Position numbers and translations under genes: made by a program. Of a DNA stretch of 64,000 nucleotides, positions 61,044 through 64,000 are shown one piece after another. Position 1 is the first letter of the stretch, and every line of letters starts with the position of its first letter. The stretch is taken from positions 1-64,000 of the forward strand of contig JBHLLG010000005.1 of assembly GCA_048885925.1 (NCBI GenBank), read 5' to 3'. The notes beneath the pieces were generated by a model. That model saw nothing but the letters and a program-made list of their open reading frames with translations, made no database searches and had not been told where the DNA came from. This stretch comes from Candidatus Hermodarchaeota archaeon (GTDB lineage: Archaea; Asgardarchaeota; Lokiarchaeia; Sigyniarchaeales; SOKP01).

Positions 61044-62866
61044 ATAGCATGCATATTGACAAAATCAAAAAGGGATGGCAAGAATTAGATTCTGAAATTA
61101 TTAAAACTGGCAAATGTGTTTATTGTGGAGCATGTGGGGCATTCTGTGCAAATATTAAGTTTGATAAAGAAAAGGAGATACCTATAGAAGATGGTTCTTG
61201 CAAAGATATTAGTACTTGTAGAGATGGATTTGGTGTATGTTATAATGTTTGCCCTAAAACGGGAATTGATCAAATTCCACTTTCTTTGCTAGATAAATGG
61301 ACATTTGGGAAGGAGCAGAATAAGATGCTTGGTCACTATATTGAAATTGTTTCTGTGAAACTTACAGATTCTGCTGAACAAAACCTTCCTATAGAAGCTG
61401 GTCCTTTAACAGCATTATTACAAACTGCAATGAAAGAAGGATTTATTGATTGTTCTATTATAACCGAGAAGGATGAGAATTTTAGACCTTATCCAATCCT
61501 TGCATCAAGTGAGAAAGAATTATTTAGGGGTGTGGGTTATAAACCTTCTCAAAGCCCCACACTCTCCTTAGTAGGAGAAGCTATTAATAAAGAAAATGTT
61601 AATATAGCAGTTGTAGGAACGCCATGCCAAATACAAGCACTTAGGAAACTTCAGAATCATCCTAGATTTGATTTTGAAGCATATGATTTAGTTAGTCTAG
61701 CGATTGGTACCTTTTGTTTTGGTACATTTTATAACCAGCTTTTGAATGAATGTCTTAAAGATAATAAAATAAATATAACCGAGATTCAAAAGATTTCGAC
61801 AGATAAAAATAATTTTAAGCTAAAAATAAGAACGGGTAATAGAACGAAGGAAATACCATTGAATTTTATTTATAATAAATCAATAAGGAATGCTTGTTTT
61901 GCTTGTTCGGATTATACTGCCGCTTTTGCTGATATTTCTATTGGAAATGTAGGAAGTGAAGACGGATGGAGAACATTCATTATTAGGACAGAAAAAGGTA
62001 AGAAAGTTTATGATCTTGCAATTCAGAAGGGAATTTTTGAGGAAAAATCACTTTCGAAGGATAATGAAGAATTGATATTAGATATTACACGTAATAAAAC
62101 AGATATGGTAAAAATAGAATCTGTTTTTACCCATTCACCTGAAATTAAAAGTTTCATATTAAGAAATGAAAGAATCGCAAAAGCTTACCGACCTGGTATG
62201 TTTGTTATACTCTGGCTTCCTGATATTGATTTTTTACCTATGTCAATTTCGAACATCAAGGGTAATTTACTTGAAGTTACGGTTCAAAAAATAGGTGAAG
62301 GAACAACTAAACTTTTTGAATTAAAAGAGGGTGATAAGATTGGAATACGAGGTCCCTTTGGAAATTCATGGAATTATGAAGATGCAAGTAAAATTTTGAT
62401 AGTCGGAGGAGGGATGGGAATTGCAGCTCTTACGTCTCTAATTGAACCCCTAAAGCACAATAAGAAGAATATTATAGTGACTATCGGAGCTAAAGACGAG
62501 ACTTCTCTAATTTTTGCGAATAGGCTTATTGATTTAATTCCAAGCACAATGTGTAGTACTGATGATGGATCTGTAGGAAGAAAATGTTTTGTTACCGATA
62601 CAATTGAAGAGATCTTAGCAAAAAATAAAATTGACTTAATAATCACATGCGGTCCAGAGATTATGATGAAAAAGGTTCTTGAAATTGCGGAATCAAAAAA
62701 AATCACTATTCAAACTTCCTTAGAACGTAAAATGAAATGTGGAATTGGTTTATGTGGTTCATGTTGCATAGGAGAAGACAATAATATTACTGTGTGTAAA
62801 GATGGACCAATATTCAATTCTGAACAACTAAAGAAATTTCCTCAATTTGGAAGTTATATAAAATAA
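61040..62866 (+). CDS. Fusion of an FrhB/FdhB-family domain and a PyrK/NfnA-like FAD/NAD/2Fe-2S domain
   Basis: N-terminal CVYCGACGAFC, VGTPCQ, CFACSD and ADISIG; C-terminal RGPFGN, GGGMGIA, TDDGS, CGP and CGIGLCGSC...CKDGP. Confidence 0.85.
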   Translation: MNSMHIDKIKKGWQELDSEIIKTGKCVYCGACGAFCANIKFDKEKEIPIEDGSCKDISTCRDGFGVCYNVCPKTGIDQIPLSLLDKWTFGKEQNKMLGHYIEIVSVKLTDSAEQNLPIEAGPLTALLQTAMKEGFIDCSIITEKDENFRPYPILASSEKELFRGVGYKPSQSPTLSLVGEAINKENVNIAVVGTPCQIQALRKLQNHPRFDFEAYDLVSLAIGTFCFGTFYNQLLNECLKDNKINITEIQKISTDKNNFKLKIRTGNRTKEIPLNFIYNKSIRNACFACSDYTAAFADISIGNVGSEDGWRTFIIRTEKGKKVYDLAIQKGIFEEKSLSKDNEELILDITRNKTDMVKIESVFTHSPEIKSFILRNERIAKAYRPGMFVILWLPDIDFLPMSISNIKGNLLEVTVQKIGEGTTKLFELKEGDKIGIRGPFGNSWNYEDASKILIVGGGMGIAALTSLIEPLKHNKKNIIVTIGAKDETSLIFANRLIDLIPSTMCSTDDGSVGRKCFVTDTIEEILAKNKIDLIITCGPEIMMKKVLEIAESKKITIQTSLERKMKCGIGLCGSCCIGEDNNITVCKDGPIFNSEQLKKFPQFGSYIK

Positions 62867-62891
62867 ATAATTTTACCACTTTTTTACTTAA

Positions 62892-63713
62892 TTACTTCCC
62901 TTTCTTTTTTTTCTTTTTTTCTTCTTTTACTATATTATTTGGTAGTTCTTCTCTCCAAGCTAATAAATCTTCGATTTTTGAAACACCCATTATTTTTAAA
63001 TAAGCATCTTCTAAATCCTTTGCATTAACAGAATCAATTATTTCCTTTGGGCTTCCTTCAACTTTTATTTCTCCTTTATCGATAATCCCAATTAAATCAC
63101 ATAATTCTTCAGTAGCATCAAGAAGGTGTGTACATATAAAAATAGTTTTATCTGCTTTTTTAGCAAGATCTGAGATCAAATCTTTTACCATTCTTGCAGC
63201 AGCAGGATCTAAATTGGAAGTAGGCTCATCTAAAAAAATAATTTTAGGATCTTGAATCAAGGCAGCACATAAGCAAACCTTTTGTTTCATCCCCCTTGAA
63301 TAACCTTCTAAAAGATCATTTTCTCGACCTTCTAAAGCAAAAATTTCTATTAATTCTTGGATGCGAGTTGAAATAACTTCTTTGGGCAAATAGTATAACT
63401 CCCCAATAAATTCTAAAAATTCTTTAGCCGTTAATTTTTGATATAAACCAGGTGATTCTGGTAAGAAACCAGAGTTAATTTTAACTTGCTTACTCTCGGT
63501 AATTATATCATAACCTACTACTTTTGCATCTCCTGAAGTTGGAGTAATTATTGCGTTTAACATTCTTACTGTTGTTGTTTTTCCCGCTCCATTTGGACCT
63601 AACAATCCATATGTAATCCCATAAGGAATCTTTAAGTTTAAATTATTTACAGCTATAAGATTCCCAAACTTTTTAGTAAGATTATTAGTTTTAATCGCAT
63701 AATTATTTGAAAT
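62892..63713 (-). CDS. ABC transporter ATP-binding protein (ABC-2/multidrug type); start probably ATT 63713
   Basis: GPNGAGKTT, YSRGMKQ, FLDEPT. The frame extends upstream of the listed TTG through AIKTNNLTKKFG to an in-frame TGA. Confidence 0.88.
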   Translation of the reverse strand: MSNNYAIKTNNLTKKFGNLIAVNNLNLKIPYGITYGLLGPNGAGKTTTVRMLNAIITPTSGDAKVVGYDIITESKQVKINSGFLPESPGLYQKLTAKEFLEFIGELYYLPKEVISTRIQELIEIFALEGRENDLLEGYSRGMKQKVCLCAALIQDPKIIFLDEPTSNLDPAAARMVKDLISDLAKKADKTIFICTHLLDATEELCDLIGIIDKGEIKVEGSPKEIIDSVNAKDLEDAYLKIMGVSKIEDLLAWREELPNNIVKEEKKKKKKGK

Positions 63714-64000
63714 TTTTTTTCACATCCAATTATCTTAATAATCTTTTTTTTAAATTTTCCTAATCAATTAAATTTTTCTTAATAAATTCAGAGATATAGT
63801 TAATTATAAAAAACATCAAAAGCCTGATTTCTAAATTTTAAATGTCTTATTTTCATAAAATTAATCCAATTTTGAAATAAACGCAAGAAAAACTTCTAAT
63901 TACATGCTAAATTTTCACTTAATACATTATTTTCACTTAACAAAATTAATAGTTTGACTGATAAGAATCTTAAAAAAGGACTAATAACTGGTTTTGTAGG

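Noticed and set aside
2351-62706. Short (60-131 aa) ORFs antisense or out of frame within larger genes, e.g. 2351-2542, 14821-15018, 49278-49589, 50387-50587, 58335-58730
   Set aside because: They overlap well-supported genes and have no motifs; treated as shadow ORFs.

Overview
AT-rich archaeal chromosomal segment. The gene content points to an Asgard archaeon of the Lokiarchaeia type: eS25, small GTPases with longin/roadblock-like domains, a gelsolin-domain protein, HEAT-LRR paralogs, a Bud23-like methyltransferase, and multi-Sec HdrA/VhuD with a eukaryote-like SECIS. It carries sugar catabolism genes (GH2, GH36, two GPH transporters), a form IV RuBisCO-like protein, DNA ligase, hisS, pyrF, a corrinoid/MttB/homocysteine-methyltransferase cluster, korDABC with an FrhB-PyrK fusion, and an intron-containing tRNA-Ser(CGA). 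Main discoveries: (1) the AMP phosphorylase gene is interrupted inside its DKHST|GGVPGNK motif by a 30-nt stop-containing insert that folds as a bulge-helix-bulge-type splicing substrate, and its excision restores a 512-aa ORF, so it is a probable tRNA-endonuclease-type mRNA intron; (2) hdrA-vhuD has five in-frame UGA codons at Cys positions and one visible SECIS; (3) a duplicated membrane protein + longin-winged-helix module flanks a longin-GTPase, a candidate transmembrane GTPase signalling system; (4) several genes need non-canonical ATA/ATT/ACG starts; (5) a GC-richer DUF4256-like cassette sits inside nested inverted repeats. All family assignments come from motif recognition by eye; no searches or folding programs were run.
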